This document shows, one piece after another, positions 24,801 through 37,572 of a stretch of DNA of 64,000 bases. The DNA is taken from NCBI GenBank assembly GCA_965203295.1, contig CBDBCZ010000018.1, forward strand, positions 1,088,001 to 1,152,000, written 5' to 3'. Made by a program: the position numbers and the translations under genes. Position 1 is the first letter of the stretch. Each line of letters opens with the position of its first letter. The notes under the pieces were generated by a model. It had not been told where the DNA came from. It did no database searches and saw only the letters and a list, made by a program, of their open reading frames with translations. Source of the stretch: Nitrospirales bacterium (GTDB lineage: Bacteria > Nitrospirota > Nitrospiria > Nitrospirales > UBA8639).

Positions 24801-25199
24801 GACTGTTTGGGCGAGAGATGGGGCTAGCTGCCCCCGGTGGTCCTGAGCTGTGCTACCTTTTTTACGGAGATATGAAGTGCCCAAGTGACAGCATAATCTG
24901 GCGTTTAATTCTTGCGTGAAGCAATGAAACAACCAAGAGGTATGACAGTAATGGAGCCCCAAGTGGCTCAAGTAGGCCTATGAATAAACTGTTTGTACGG
25001 TATTTATTTCCTAGAGCAAGGTCAGCCTATAAAACCCAGCTAACACTTAGTTTATAGTGACTGTACTGAGCTCAGGGCTGAAGATACTCTTCAGCCGCAT
25101 GATTGACAGACAGGTAGTCTGTAGATAATAGAGTAGAAGTACTCTATTATCTATGGGTAGACTAATGACATGCATGAAAGAAAAATCACTCCTCAATCT

Positions 25200-27020
25200 T
25201 TCGCCTCTTAATAGGAGGCCGTTTGATGTTCATGGGTGCAATGTGGAGAAACTGGAAGACGCCCGAGGCTGTGGGACACGGACGAACTTCGTAGGCTATT
25301 GGGATAGTTGAGTGTGTTTCTTGTGTATTATATCTGTACATGTATATACCTGGCCACCTGTCCTGATTTGAAGAATGTTGAGTTTTCGGGGCTGGTTGCC
25401 ATGGACCTCCTAGTGAGGCTAGACTGGAGTTTCCTCCTTATGGGTGTGAGAGGCACACTGAGGGGTCTCTGCAAGACATCACCCGCACCTCTGAAGGTGA
25501 ACGTGTCATAGTTGTCTGCATGATAATTTGCAACCTTTACCACTTGGTTACACTCTCTGCACTCAGTCTGAAGGCCCCCCGCAAGCTTCAATACCAGAGT
25601 GGGTCCTGACTAGCCTCGAACCCAGCCGTCCCAGCTTTTTTTCGCTTGCAGGAAGAAAAAGCGGAACGCCTGGGAACACTTATCACGTGATAATACGTAA
25701 CTTTAATTGAACGTGGGCAGGAGTAACCGTAAGCGATAAGCTGATTTTAGCGCGCTTTGCCCGGGTTTCTGGACAGCGAAGTATTCGCGCTTTACAGCTA
25801 CAGATGAGAGTGCCACAACTACGAATCGACTCAACAGGTTACGTGAACAAGCTCCAGCGTCTCCAGAGGCGGTACTTCTCCAAATTGGCGACCACGTTGC
25901 ATGACGTCATTGTTCTATTTTTAGTGATGTCATATTTTTACAATGTAGTATGGTTTACCGGTGCTGCTGTCCTTACAGGCAGCTCAGTGTGTTTAGTTAT
26001 CTTGTTAGCTGTGCGAGAGGCTAGCTATATAGTACGCGTGCATGCATGACGAGCGTATTAGTGACGAGAACGGTACTATACCGGTCATAATCTCGCGAGC
26101 CAGACGGTCAGTAGAGAACGGATCTTTTGCAACGCCTTCGTGGGTCCAGCATCTTGTATGAGTGATAAAGGTATGTCTTTCTTACAGAAACACATGAAAT
26201 TGTGCGCTGTTAGTGAGCGTACGAGTAGTGCCCGTTTGCGTGGGCAAGCTGAGCTCGGTTGCCATCTTGCGGCTGTGCGCCCCACGCGCAATTAAGTCGG
26301 TTCTACCCTTGGTTCTACCTTTACGTCATATCACGTGATAAGTGTTCCCAGGCGTTCCGCTTTTTCTTCCTGCAAGCGAAAATAAGCTGGGACGGCTGGG
26401 TTCGAGGCTAGGTCCTGACCGAATCGTGGAAAATGTGTGCGGGTGGTCTCCGTAGCAACATGGACACGAGAGAGTATTGGCCACCTTCAGCCGCTCGCAA
26501 CAGCAGTCGGCACAGACAATGGAGGCACTAGTAGTGAGCTCTAGGGGTAACCGGTGAGTCGCCATCGGCTGGCTACTACTGCTAGCACTGGGGAAGAACG
26601 ATGGGGGTGCAATAGACCTGATGTGTCTATTTGCTGATTGGCAACTCACTTCAGCTGAATCACCACACTTCTTCCTGCCCCCTCCTCTCTGCACCGAGGC
26701 CGTGTGATTGCAGACGCTCCACTCGTCATCGGTATGGCTCCCCCATCCATCAAATTTTACCAGCCTGGGAGTGTATTGCCTGCCTTCTTCTGCCTTCTTA
26801 ATGCTGTTGTAAATGATGTTGGGGCATTTGTGGCAGAAGTTCTCTGACCGAATGGACTGTCGCCTTTTAGCAAGTCAATGCCAAACACCGTCATCAAATT
26901 TTTGGCATTCTTAGGCTCAGGGCACTCATAGTGTACACTGAATGCCCATGCTAGAGACTCCCCACAGCCCCTGCAGACCTGCAGCATGCTGGTATGGTGG
27001 TATGGTATGGTGCATTCATG
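25200..27020 (-). mobile_element. Decayed N-RAG-TP/Chapaev/RAG1-N-terminus-like transposase remnant (CRxCG zinc domain plus RING-like segment)
   Basis: LQVCRGCGESL...LMTVFGIDL..D, W..H....VCNH, LELT....VCADCC...SCPCC, CRECNQVV, then KSGQ spliced to PTKFVRVPQPRASS. Frameshifted and interrupted by a MITE. Confidence 0.5.
25611..26410. mobile_element. 800-bp non-autonomous DNA transposon with ~80-bp TIRs and 9-bp TSD
   Basis: TAGCCTCGAACCCAGCCGTCCCAGC...GCTGGGACGGCTGGGTTCGAGGCTA. Direct repeat ggtcctgac at 25602-25610 and 26411-26419. Confidence 0.92.
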
Positions 27021-27268
27021 GCTAGTCTGGAATGAATTATAGCATACTTATGTTCTAGTTTGTATCGGGAATGTATGCTCAAATTTTAAAATGAAGTGTG
27101 TTTTTTGCTTACACTTGTGTAGCCCACAGTCGTGTGTAAAAAAGGTAGCACAACTCAGGGTTCAACCTGCTGTGTTGACACAGCCTCCCAGATAGCGCTG
27201 CTGAAGGGTTGTACTTCTGGGGAAGTCCTGTTGCCAATTTACAGACCGCTTTGTAGGAAGCACTTTAA

Positions 27269-28269
27269 CCGATTATACGCGATAGACGCGTTAAATTGCG
27301 TTAACCGTGATAGACGCATATATGCGTCATTGTCAACGGTATTACCTTTACTGTGCTGTACTGGAAGCGCGAGGAGCTAAGAGCGAGCGGACACTTGTAG
27401 GTCTTTAGTACACTTCCTGAGGTACGTAATACTATGAATAGAATTATGGTAAGCATTGTTATGGATTCAGGATAGTAACTATAAAATTGTTCATAACAGC
27501 AACACTCCTATACTGCACAACAGCTAAAAATGAAAGCTAAAAAGAGCCCCTGCACATCTGTATCTTCAGTTCTGGATGCTGTTATGATGGAAGAGAATGA
27601 GGATGACTTGCAGGAAACCATGTTGGAGGGGGGGGGAGGGCAGTGGTGAACTGCTGTGAGCCTACAACAAGAGGAGAGATATAATGAAACTCATGCCCCA
27701 ACACAGCTGGACACTCCAACATTCACTCAGAGCATCTCTGCACATACCAGGCTCTCTATCCCCTTATGAACAATCTATGGGAAACCCTACAAAAGCTTAA
27801 AAGCTTACTGTGCTCGTATACTTAGTCTCGGGTTCCAGGCGTTAAAAATTCGGGCTCACTACACAGGAAAAACTAAGCTTTTTTAGCGCTGCTACCATTA
27901 TATATATTAGCAAGCCGCTTACACACACATGCCTACACCTAGGCCTAGCCATTACTTGTCCCTTCTATCACAAAGTGACAGAAAAATCCGAAAATGGCCA
28001 AGCATCGGTAGCTACCGCTAACAATAATAACTTACCGCGCGAGATGTAGCATGCTATCTTCGTCCAGAGTGGTGACAGCCAGGCGATCTTGGCGCCGTTG
28101 GAAAGCCCTGCCATCGCGCTTCACCATGGTACCTGGTTGCCTGTAGCGATCTTCCAGCGCTTAGCAGCTACAAACAGTTTTTGCCAACGAGGCAAAAAAA
28201 CTATTTCCGCCATACGATTAATTTCGCTATACGGTATAGCCTCGCGAAATAATTCCCGCGTATAATCGG
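27269..28269 (+). mobile_element. Non-autonomous piggyBac derivative (~1 kb)
   Basis: TTAA-CCGATTATACGCG...CGCGTATAATCGG-TTAA. Internal acidic remnant VSSVLDAVMMEENEDDLQETMLEG resembles a piggyBac transposase N-terminus. Confidence 0.85.
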
Positions 28270-28546
28270 TTAACAGTACTCTACTGACTCTGTGGTCTAT
28301 GAATATTTTGCATGCGCAGTACAGCAGAGATGGAGCAGCTGCTGCGTGGAAGTTTCCCCACACATGTCCACTGACACCGTGACATGTCAAGGTTGTCATA
28401 GTGTCTATAGTAACTTTATAATTTCATAGTTCGTCTTTGCAGTCCATCCTAAAAACTACTATGACACAGGTCCATCATCCTGGGATCATCTCGAGATGCA
28501 AACATGGCCCTGCATGTATGCAGTGTCTGACAATACCTATAGTGCA

Positions 28547-29205
28547 TGTAGTGGTTATCCCAGGATCATCCCGGGATGGACACACACTCCTACCCCCCGT
28601 CAGAGCATCTGCGGATTCCCTAGTAACTGTGACTATCCCAGGATTATCCCAGGATGGACACACACTCCTACCCCCTCTGTCAGAGTATCCGCGAGTAACT
28701 GTGACTATCCCAGGATTATCCAGGGACGGACACACACTCCTACCCCCTCTGTCAGAGTATCCGCGGATTCCCTAGTAACTGTGGCTATCCCAGGATTATC
28801 CCGGGATGGACACACACTCCTACCCCCTCTGTCAGAGTATCGCGGATTCCCTAGTAACTGTGACTATCCCAGGATTATCCCGGGATGGACACATACTCCT
28901 ACCCCCCCTGTCAGAGTATCTGCGGATTCCCTAGTAACTGTGACCATCCCAGGATCATCCCGGGACGGACACACACTTCTACCCTCTCTGTCAGAGTATC
29001 CGCGGATTCCCTAGTAACTGTGACTATCCAAGGATTATCCCGGGATGGACACACACTCCTACCCTCTCTGTCAGAGTATCTGCGGATTCCCTAGTAACTG
29101 TGACTATCCCAGGATCATCCCGGGATGGACACACACTCCTACCTCCTCTGTCAAGAGTATCCGCGGATTCCCTAGTAACTCTGGGATGGACACATACTCC
29201 TACCC
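28547..29205 (+). repeat. 80-bp tandem array, ~8 units
   Basis: Unit ctagtaactgtgactatcccaggatcatcccgggatggacacacactcctaccccctctgtcagagtatccgcggattcc. Confidence 0.95.
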
Positions 29206-29473
29206 TAAATTCCCGATACATGCACATTCACACTTTGTAATCTCATTCACAATAATGGCAAGTATGGTAACTACAGAGTATAATAATAGTTCTCAAAAAA
29301 TGGCTATGTATGAAAACTTGTGGCTAAAGTGTGAAAGTGCTAGTTTGATTAATAATTGCTAGTTCCTCAAGAACTATACACAAAAAGTTCCTCAAGTGTT
29401 TGGAAAATCATCCTATGCCGATTTCTCTTTTGGTATTGTGCATTATTCACTCATATTTTAAGTATTTCTTTAG

Positions 29474-30623
29474 GTATACTGGCTGGCATTTGGCCATGTG
29501 GAACAATCTGTTTACTTGGGGAACTTTTTGGCGCTGAGTCAAAATCGTAAGTTTATGCCATGGTGCACACATTCATGTGTGAAAACGAGAGCAGCACATC
29601 TAATCTCAGCAAGTGTATGATCACTGATTTTGTTCGCAGCTAGGCCACCACGTATAATAGCTATCCATAATGACTACATTATATTACATGTTATGATTGT
29701 AGATTATTAATAACATGTCGTTATCTTGAACAGGAACATTGTGTTATGACGATGGATGCCACTTAAAGAAATTATGCCAGTAACACCACAAGAAAGGATC
29801 TGACAGAGACAACCTAGACAATGGCGTCCCTCAATATTGTAGTGGATAAGATGCATTTCAAGGGCCACGTCGATACATGGTGTCACCAGAACTGCAACCC
29901 TTATCATCTAAAAGAACTCGACAAGGTAGGCAGATAATCCAATATACTAGGTGAATGCAAACATTATGGGGCAAGTGTGAGCGACCCTCACCCGTTGCAG
30001 TGTGATCGGAGCTTGCTGGTCGACAGTCTGTAGACTGGCCTGCACATTTGGTGATTAGCTCTCCTATCTCTAGCCTTCCCCTCGTGTTACAGTAGCTTGT
30101 ACTCTCGGCATTACCGAAGCCTGAATTTTCTCTCCCACTATAGCCTAGTGATAGTGCCTTTCTTGCTGCAGCCGCATAAGTGGGCAACCGTAGACCACGT
30201 GGAAACAGATTCGAATGTTATTATTACGGTACACTGTATGTGGACTGAAAATGTTGTTTTGGATCATGGATGCAAATAAGTGTACAATACACTTGCAGAC
30301 CACTCTCAATTGAACACACTATATAGTGTGGGGCTCACCCACACTCCCCCAAATGCACATGTATTGTACATAGTATGTGTCTAGTGCTTATGTTGGGTAC
30401 TTAAAGCAGCTAGTTTAAATGCTATTTTGGCTTTATGATGATGGACAGTGTGTACTCACCACATCCTGCTTGTTTCTTAAATTTTCAGGTTGACACGCAG
30501 ATATGCGAACAGACATTTTCTTGGATGTCACGCTATGCCCGCATCACACGACACATGAACAGAGAACACTTCCTGTTTTACTTGCTCTACATTTCTGACT
30601 TGCATAACCAAAAGTTACAGTAA
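29474..30623 (+). pseudogene. KDZ-type transposase C-terminal exons, inactivated
   Basis: Exons ~29474-29610 (GIWPCGTICLLGELFGAESKS*VY), 29734-29925 (CYDDGCHLKK..IVVDKMHFKGHVDTWCHQNCNP) and 30489-30623 (VDTQICEQTFSWMSRY..MNREHFLFYL), with AG acceptors. Contains stops and a frameshift. Confidence 0.75.
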
Positions 30624-30696
30624 TTCTGATTAACATTTTCATTCCAATTTGTCTACATATAATACAATACTACTCAGTACATGTAACCATCCTGAA

Positions 30697-32147
30697 ATAG
30701 TCACAGTTACTAGGGAATCCGCGGATACTCTGACAGAGGGGGTAGGAGTGTGTACCCATCCCGGGATGATCCTGGGATAGTCACAGTTACTAGGGAATCT
30801 GCGGATACTCTGACAGAGGGGGTAGGAGTGTGTGTCCATCCCGGGATGATCCTGGGATAGTCACAGTTACTAGGGAATCCGCGGATACTCTGACAGAGGG
30901 GGTAGGAGTGTGTGTCCATCCCGGGATGATCCTGGGATAGTCACAGTTACTAGGGAATCTGTGGATACTCTGACAGAGGGGGTAGGAGTGTGTGTCCATC
31001 CCGGGATGATCCTGGGATAGTCACAGTTACTAGGGAATCCGCGGATACTCTGACAGAGGGGGTAGGAGTGTGTGTCCATCCCGGGATGATCCTGGGATAG
31101 TCACAGTTACTAGGGAATCTGCGGATACTCTGACAGAGGGGGTAGGAGTGTGTGCCCATCCCGGGATGATCCTGGGATAGCCACAGTTACTAGGGAATCC
31201 GCGGATACTCTGACAGAGGGGGTAGGAGTGTGTGTCCATCCCGGGATGATCCTGGGATAGTCACAGTTACTAGGGAATCCGCGGATACTCTGACAGAGGG
31301 GGTAGGAGTGTGTGTCCATCCCGGGATGATCCTTGGATAGTCACAGTTACTAGGGAATCTGCGGATACTCTGACAGAGGGGGTAGGAGTGTGTGTCCATC
31401 CCGGGATGATCCTGGGATAGTCACAGTTACTAGGGAATCCGCGGATACTCTGACAGAGGGGGTAGAAGTGTGTGTCCGTCCCGGGATAATCCTGGGATAG
31501 TCACAGTTACTAGGGAATCCGCGGATACTCTGACAGAGGGGGTAGAAGTGTGTGTCCGTCCCGGGATAATCCTGGGATAGTCACAATTACTAGGGAATCC
31601 ACGGATACTCTGACAGAGGGGGTAGGAGTGTGTGTCCGTCCCGGGATAATCCTGGGATAGTCACAGTTACTAGGGAATCTGCGGATACTCTGACAGAGGG
31701 GGTAGGAGTGTGTGTCCATCCTGGGATAATCCTGGGATAGTCACAGTTACTAGGGAATCCATGGATACTCTGTCAGGGGTGGTAGGAGAGTGTGTCCATC
31801 CCGTGGGATAGTCACAGTTACTAGGGAATCCACGGATACTCTGACAGAGGGGGTAGGAGCATGTGTCCATCCTGGGATAATCCTGGGATAGTCACAGTTA
31901 CTAGGGAATCCGCGGATACTCTGACAGAGGGGGTAGGAGTGTGTGTCCATCCTGGGATAATCCTGGGATAGTCACAGTTACTAGGGAATCCACGGATATT
32001 CTGACAGAGGGGGTAGGAGTGTGTGTCCATCCTGGGATAATCCTGGGATAGTCACAGTTACTAGGGAATCCACGGATACTCTGACAGAGGGGGTAGGAGT
32101 GTGTCCATCCTGGGATAAACCTGGGATAAACCTGGGATAGTCACAGT
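30697..32147 (-). repeat. 80-bp tandem array, ~18 units, inverted relative to 28547-29205
   Basis: Same unit in reverse complement, very homogeneous. Confidence 0.95.
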
Positions 32148-32240
32148 TGATAATAAGCACTTGGCTGGAAAGGGTGTATAGAAATATGAAGTTACTTTGG
32201 ACACTAGACAACCTTTGACATGTCACGGCGTCATTGGACA

Positions 32241-35200
32241 TCCCTCTCAGCAATGTTGTTATCGTTAATATCTATTAAAACCGGTATACTTTCCTCTCCC
32301 ACTGAGGGAGGAATCTCAACACGAAGATTAAATACCACTGTATAGTCAACACCACCTAAGGACAGGAGAGAAATCTGTAATTGGTCAGACTACTTATTAG
32401 TTACTACCTATTGATCAGATATACATTTTAGGAACTTACTTGTAGCTACATTTGCGACTGAGAGTTGATGAGTGCTGAATAGTACCACAACAGCCTTAGA
32501 GGTGGGAGTTCTTCTCACTACCTCAAACTGTACTGCTTCATCTGCTTCATTAATAGTATATATGACAGGGTGAAACTCTACAATGACCACTGGAATAAGA
32601 ACAACAAAGAATCACAGTAATAGAATGCACGGTGTTGACTAGCTCTTATGAAATTGTTACAGACAGCTTCCAAATTATACACAATGCATAGTATCCACTA
32701 TCAAGATTCTGAAATCACAACTTTACCTATAAGTAGTAACTAGGTAATAATTATGTCCATTTCCAGGAATATTTATGCCCTCATCGCAAGAAAAGTAGAT
32801 ATGTTGTTAGCAAGGAGCATATTTTATATGGTATTCTCTTCATTGCTACATTGAATTTTCAAAGTACACAAAAGTTCCAAAAGTATGTTGTATCCATGAC
32901 AAAGCTCAATTACTGTGTAATTTTTGTTCTGTAATGTACAACTTGCAAAGTTCCCTTGCAGTGGAAGAGCTGTTTAAACATCCTCATCTGTAGATAACTA
33001 AATTCATAGCTTTACAGCTATACTTACTGTCATTATCAATGATGGTGATAGTAGATGGTGGACCTGGTACCACAACGGGGTCATGCACTGTGATCTCTAC
33101 GATAAACTGTTCATCTCCCTCCATCACAAGAAAGTCATCAGTGATGTCTATATCAGTGCACACTACCATCTCATTGGCAGGAAAATTCAGTGTCACAGAT
33201 CCAGAAGTGAAGTCATCATCAGCTATAGCAGATAAGTTATAAGGTTGAATGAATAGGTAAAGAAACCACAAAAGAATATGAGAGCACCCTTGCAGAGTGC
33301 AGCAAATGATACTGTAGGTTCTAATTTACCTTCTGCTTCTGTTGGAATTGTTTCAGAAGAAGTGAAGGTCACCATAAAATCTCTAAGTGTTTGTCCAGTC
33401 TTCACTACACACACTGTCACAAAGCCTTCGTCCTCATCAACCACATAGTTGGTACTGTTGAAGTTTAAGCCCAACTCTGAATATTTATGTGTGAATTAAT
33501 ATGTATATGAGTGTGTGCGTGTGCATTTGTACTGTTTAAGGTTTAACTCTAAACAGAATGCATGTATACATACGTATACACATGTATGTATGAGTGTGAG
33601 TGTGAATATGAAAACGAGCACTAGTGAGACAATGCATGCATACATATTGGTAAATACAGAGAAAAGCATATGCCGAAGCTTACAAAGCATAGTGACCCTG
33701 GCAGTGGACTACATTTATTAGCTTACTCCTGAAACTCACTATCATCATCATCAACAATAAAAATCTGAGCATTTGCAAAGGGAGCACAGCCATAAGCAAG
33801 TGGGCCACCGAGAGTGACAATTAACCTTGACTCTTCTAGTGACAGCATAACTTGAACCTCTCCTGCTTCAGGTTCATTGTCATTTATATGACTTTAATAC
33901 AACTGCTAAATTTTGTTCATCAGATGAAACATCCCTTGATAGTTTTTCAAGTTGTCCTCTTCATATTAATCAACAGGAGTGTATAGCTACTGGTATAGAG
34001 AAGTTCTCTACATCAGTATGTGTTCCTCATGATCAGTCCATATGTAGAAACAAAAACAGACCAAGCTCTCTTACTGTATTGGTCTTGTAATCTAGTTTGT
34101 TGAACAAACTTTATTGTCATACGCACATGACTCCACACTAAGGTTAAAGAAATGTGTGTTAACAGTCATTGAATGTTTTACTATGGACCTAGTTTATTGT
34201 AATTTACACAACAGGAAAGACATGCATCCACTCCATAAAATTATTCATGCTGTGTACTCACGCCTGCAGGATGGTGGATTTGGTGAAAATATTGCAGTGT
34301 TAACATCCACTAGTGTGCATGTTGTGGTTGCACCTCTGATCAGCTCAAAGCTCGGGTCACAGGTGTAGGTAGCAGTGTCACCAACAGAGTTACCAGAGAT
34401 TGTCACCATACCATTGACAATGGCAGGCGGATCAGGACACAGTGCTGCAGAGCAAGATTTATCCAGATGATTTAGTTGATGCACTGAAACAAATGCACAC
34501 AGTCTCATTAACTTGACTCACGCCTGCAACCTGGTGGTGGCACTGATGGAAATGCAGCAGAGTCGTCATTTACTTGTGTGCATGTTGTCACTGGATCTCC
34601 GATCAATTCAAAGCCGGAATTACAGGTGTAGGTAGCAGTGTCACCGACGGAGTTGCCAGTGAATGTCATCATACCATTGACAATGGCAGGCGGATCAGGA
34701 CACAGTGCTGTAGAGCAAGATGGATGTAAATGATGTACATAGTAGTTCATACAGTGCCCAGTGTGCTAATTAGACAAAGTCATCTTCATAAGCGCATGAC
34801 TCCACACTGAGTTAGAAGAAAAGTGACATTCATGTATTAACAGTCACTGGCTGCTCAACCTACGTACTTATTGTGATTTGCACAACAGCAAAGGCATGCA
34901 GTCGTGCCATAAAGTTATTCAGGCAGTATGCATACTCACGCCTGCAAACTGGTGGATCTGGTGTAAATTCTGCAGTGTCAACATCTACTTCTGTGCATGA
35001 GGTGGTTGTAATTCCAATCAGCTCAAAGCCCAGGTCACAGGTGTAGATGGCAGTGTCATCAATAGAGTTGCCAGTGAATGTCTTCATACCATTGACAATG
35101 GGAGGCGGATCAGGACACAGTGCTGCAGAGCAAGATGAATGTAATTGATTTACATAGTAGTTCATACAGTGCCCAGTGTGTTAGACAAAGTCATTTTCAT

Positions 35201-36745
35201 AAGCGCATGACTCCACACTGAGTTTGAAGGAATGTGACATTCATGTATTAACAGTCAATGGCTGTTCTACCTACTTATTGTGATTTGCACAACAGAAAAG
35301 ACATGCAGTCATGCCATAAAGTTATTCAGGCAGTATGCATACTCACGCCTGCAAACTGGTGGAGCCGGTGAAAATTCTGCAGTGTTAACATCCACTTGTG
35401 TGCATGTGGTGGTTGTAATTCCGATTAAGACAAAGCTCGAGTCACAGGTATAGGTAGCAGTGTCACCAACAGATTTACCAGAGATTGTCAATATGCCATT
35501 GACAATGGCAACCGGATCAGGACACAGTGCTTATCATAATTATGTAAACCTAATCACTATTTCATGGATGCTAATATTTCTACTCTTTACACCACTAAAA
35601 AATCGTGAAAGTCTTGCAAAAACCCAAGCCAATAGCAAGGATGTAAATATGTGACCTTTTACCCCCTACTTCACTGCATGCCCACCTTTTACAGCAAGAT
35701 ATCATCAAACTAGAATAGTAATGGACTACCCACAGTACTCTAACTAAGTAAAGTAGAATATTTGTTTCCTAATTGAGTACTAAGTGTAAAGCTTTTAAGG
35801 AGGTATATAGTCAGGTTACTTACAGTCATTATCCATTATTTCAACGACAGTCAGATCTGGCTCCAAGAAAAAGTTTAGAGGTAGTCCATCTGGATGACTG
35901 AAAGGATCTGGAACTACCTGCACAGTAAAATTCTCAGTTGCTTCTAACAGATCATCCTCCTCAATAAACACTTCAATGCAAGCCCGGCTGTTGGTAGCAG
36001 TGATATCAGTAAAGAAAAGATCCTCAACCGTCAGTTCCTGATAGTCTCCAGGGTCTACATGATATAAAAAGAGTACGTCTAAAACCAAACGAGACCTGTG
36101 ATAGTAAGAATAACAAACCTGCAGCAGTGCCACGGATGGTAATTGCAGCAAGGGTGATACTGTTGTCTGGTGGAAATGTACTGCCTGTGACACTCAGAGT
36201 ACGAACACAGATTTCAAGAGCTCCCTGCCCTTCATTCACAGAAGTAAATGTTACTTCCCACCCAATTGACACAGTTGCTGCAAAAGAGATTCAACATTAT
36301 TGTAGTCTTATTAACTTACAGCATACCAACTAACCATCATCATCAACAATGAAAATCTGTGTAGTAGCAAAGAGAGTACTGCCATCAGGAAGTAGGCCAC
36401 CGAGATTGATATTCAACCCTGGTTCTTCTGCTGACATTTCAACACGAAACACCTCAAGTAGTTCAACTTCGTCATCATCAAGTAGTTCAAAGATATAGGA
36501 TAAGCTTTGCTGATCCGGTGAGAACCTGCGGAACTGAATCAGTTGAGTAATTATATCTCTGTTAAAATCCCGTTGATTAATATTTGCAGCACTTGGACCA
36601 CGTCCTGTAATTGTGTTGATTGTTATCTCAAACGTTAACTCGGACTGCTGATTGTTCCCTTTGATGACTGGGATTCTAGTTAGATCAGCAGTAGCATTTA
36701 ATTCAGAAACTGTGTAGCTGCTCTGTTGAAATCCAATTATGAGAC
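32241..36745 (-). CDS. Partial multi-exon Calx-beta plus Sushi/CCP extracellular protein (probably truncated or pseudogenic)
   Basis: GT-AG exons: 36335-36745, 36119-36277 and 35824-36054 (Calx-beta-like, EEDDLLEATENFTV..VEIMDND); four Sushi exons at 35347-35529, ~34940-35124, ~34522-34709 and ~34262-34446 (CPDPPAIVNG..GDTATYTC..GFELIG..C); further Calx-beta-like exons at ~33740-34000 (degenerate), ~33330-33477, ~33028-33221, ~32441-32590 and 32241-32355. Confidence 0.8.
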
Positions 36746-37432
36746 CTGTGTAAAAGAAGATTTAAGCAGCCAATATATCTATGGCCTCATACCCAACTGC
36801 AACAACAACTTCCACTTACAGGAAGAAAACCTGTGCAAAGTGATTTACGACCACATGATTAGCCTCGTTCCCAGGCTCTCTGCCCAGCTTTTTTTCGCAC
36901 GCATGATAGCAACCTCACCCACTTTTATACGAAGCAATATCATACTGTACTGATGTACGGTAAAAGTGCTTAGTTCTTGCACTATTGTGTTCCTCTACAA
37001 TATTTTTACCAGCCTGAGCGCACGCAGCGCGCGAACGGTTGGTCCTAAGATTGCTTTACGTTTTCCGCGTCTGTTTGTTTGTTTGTGCGTACACGTGGGC
37101 AGTATATTACGTCATACGTTACTATGCAACTGCAGTATATGGCAGCGTTTGGAGATTTGCAGGTGAAGCAGCAAACAATTGAAGGTAGTTGTGTGTTGTC
37201 TAGATGGCGAAAACTTGGTTGGCAGCCATAAAGCTCCGTGGCGTATAGCTACTAACTGGAAGCGCACGACAAAACTGCTGAGGCAGTACTTTCGCTGTAT
37301 TGCGTTCGGTTGCTTATCAGTTTCTAATTCTGCAGGATGCCTATTGTAGCATAGATACTATAATGAGGTGTTGTACCGCAACGTTTACATTATGTAAGCG
37401 TTTAAGGTTACGGGCTACTGACCTAGCCTCGA

Positions 37433-37572
37433 ACCCCCGAAATGGGCCCCCCCCGTCCCCATATCGCTAGAGATATGGGGACGGGGGGGGGCGAAATCTC
37501 TAGCGATATGGGGACCGGGGGGGCGCGAAACGCTGGCGATATGGGGATCCTTTAGTGATTTAGGGACCCCTA
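37433..37572. repeat. GC-rich palindromic subterminal repeats, likely the end of the adjacent Ginger-like element
   Basis: cccccgtccccatatcgctagagatatggggacggggg palindrome and repeated gcgatatgggga. Confidence 0.55.

Larger units (their letters stand above)
28365..32240 (+). mobile_element. KDZ (Kyakuja-Dileera-Zisupton)-type DNA transposon derivative with ~60-bp TIRs and subterminal 80-bp arrays
   Basis: Left end tgtccactgacaccgtgacatgtcaaggttgtc matches the reverse complement of the right end gacaacctttgacatgtcacggcgtcattggaca. Internal transposase exons. No TSD found. Confidence 0.75.

Noticed and set aside
22367..25130. Possible transposon ends (cggaa pentamer run at ~22393, ttcca-rich tract at ~23225-23350, 24630-25000) and a repeat shared between ~24160-24365 and ~61770-61990
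   Set aside because: No matching second end, TSD or coding remnant could be established.
28357..32248. Target-site duplication for the KDZ-type element
   Set aside because: The flanks cccacaca and tccctctc do not match.
28437..32253. Many 66-172 aa ORFs in the 80-bp arrays; also considered a CRISPR array
   Set aside because: These are translations of a tandem repeat. Units are contiguous with no unique spacers and there are no cas genes.
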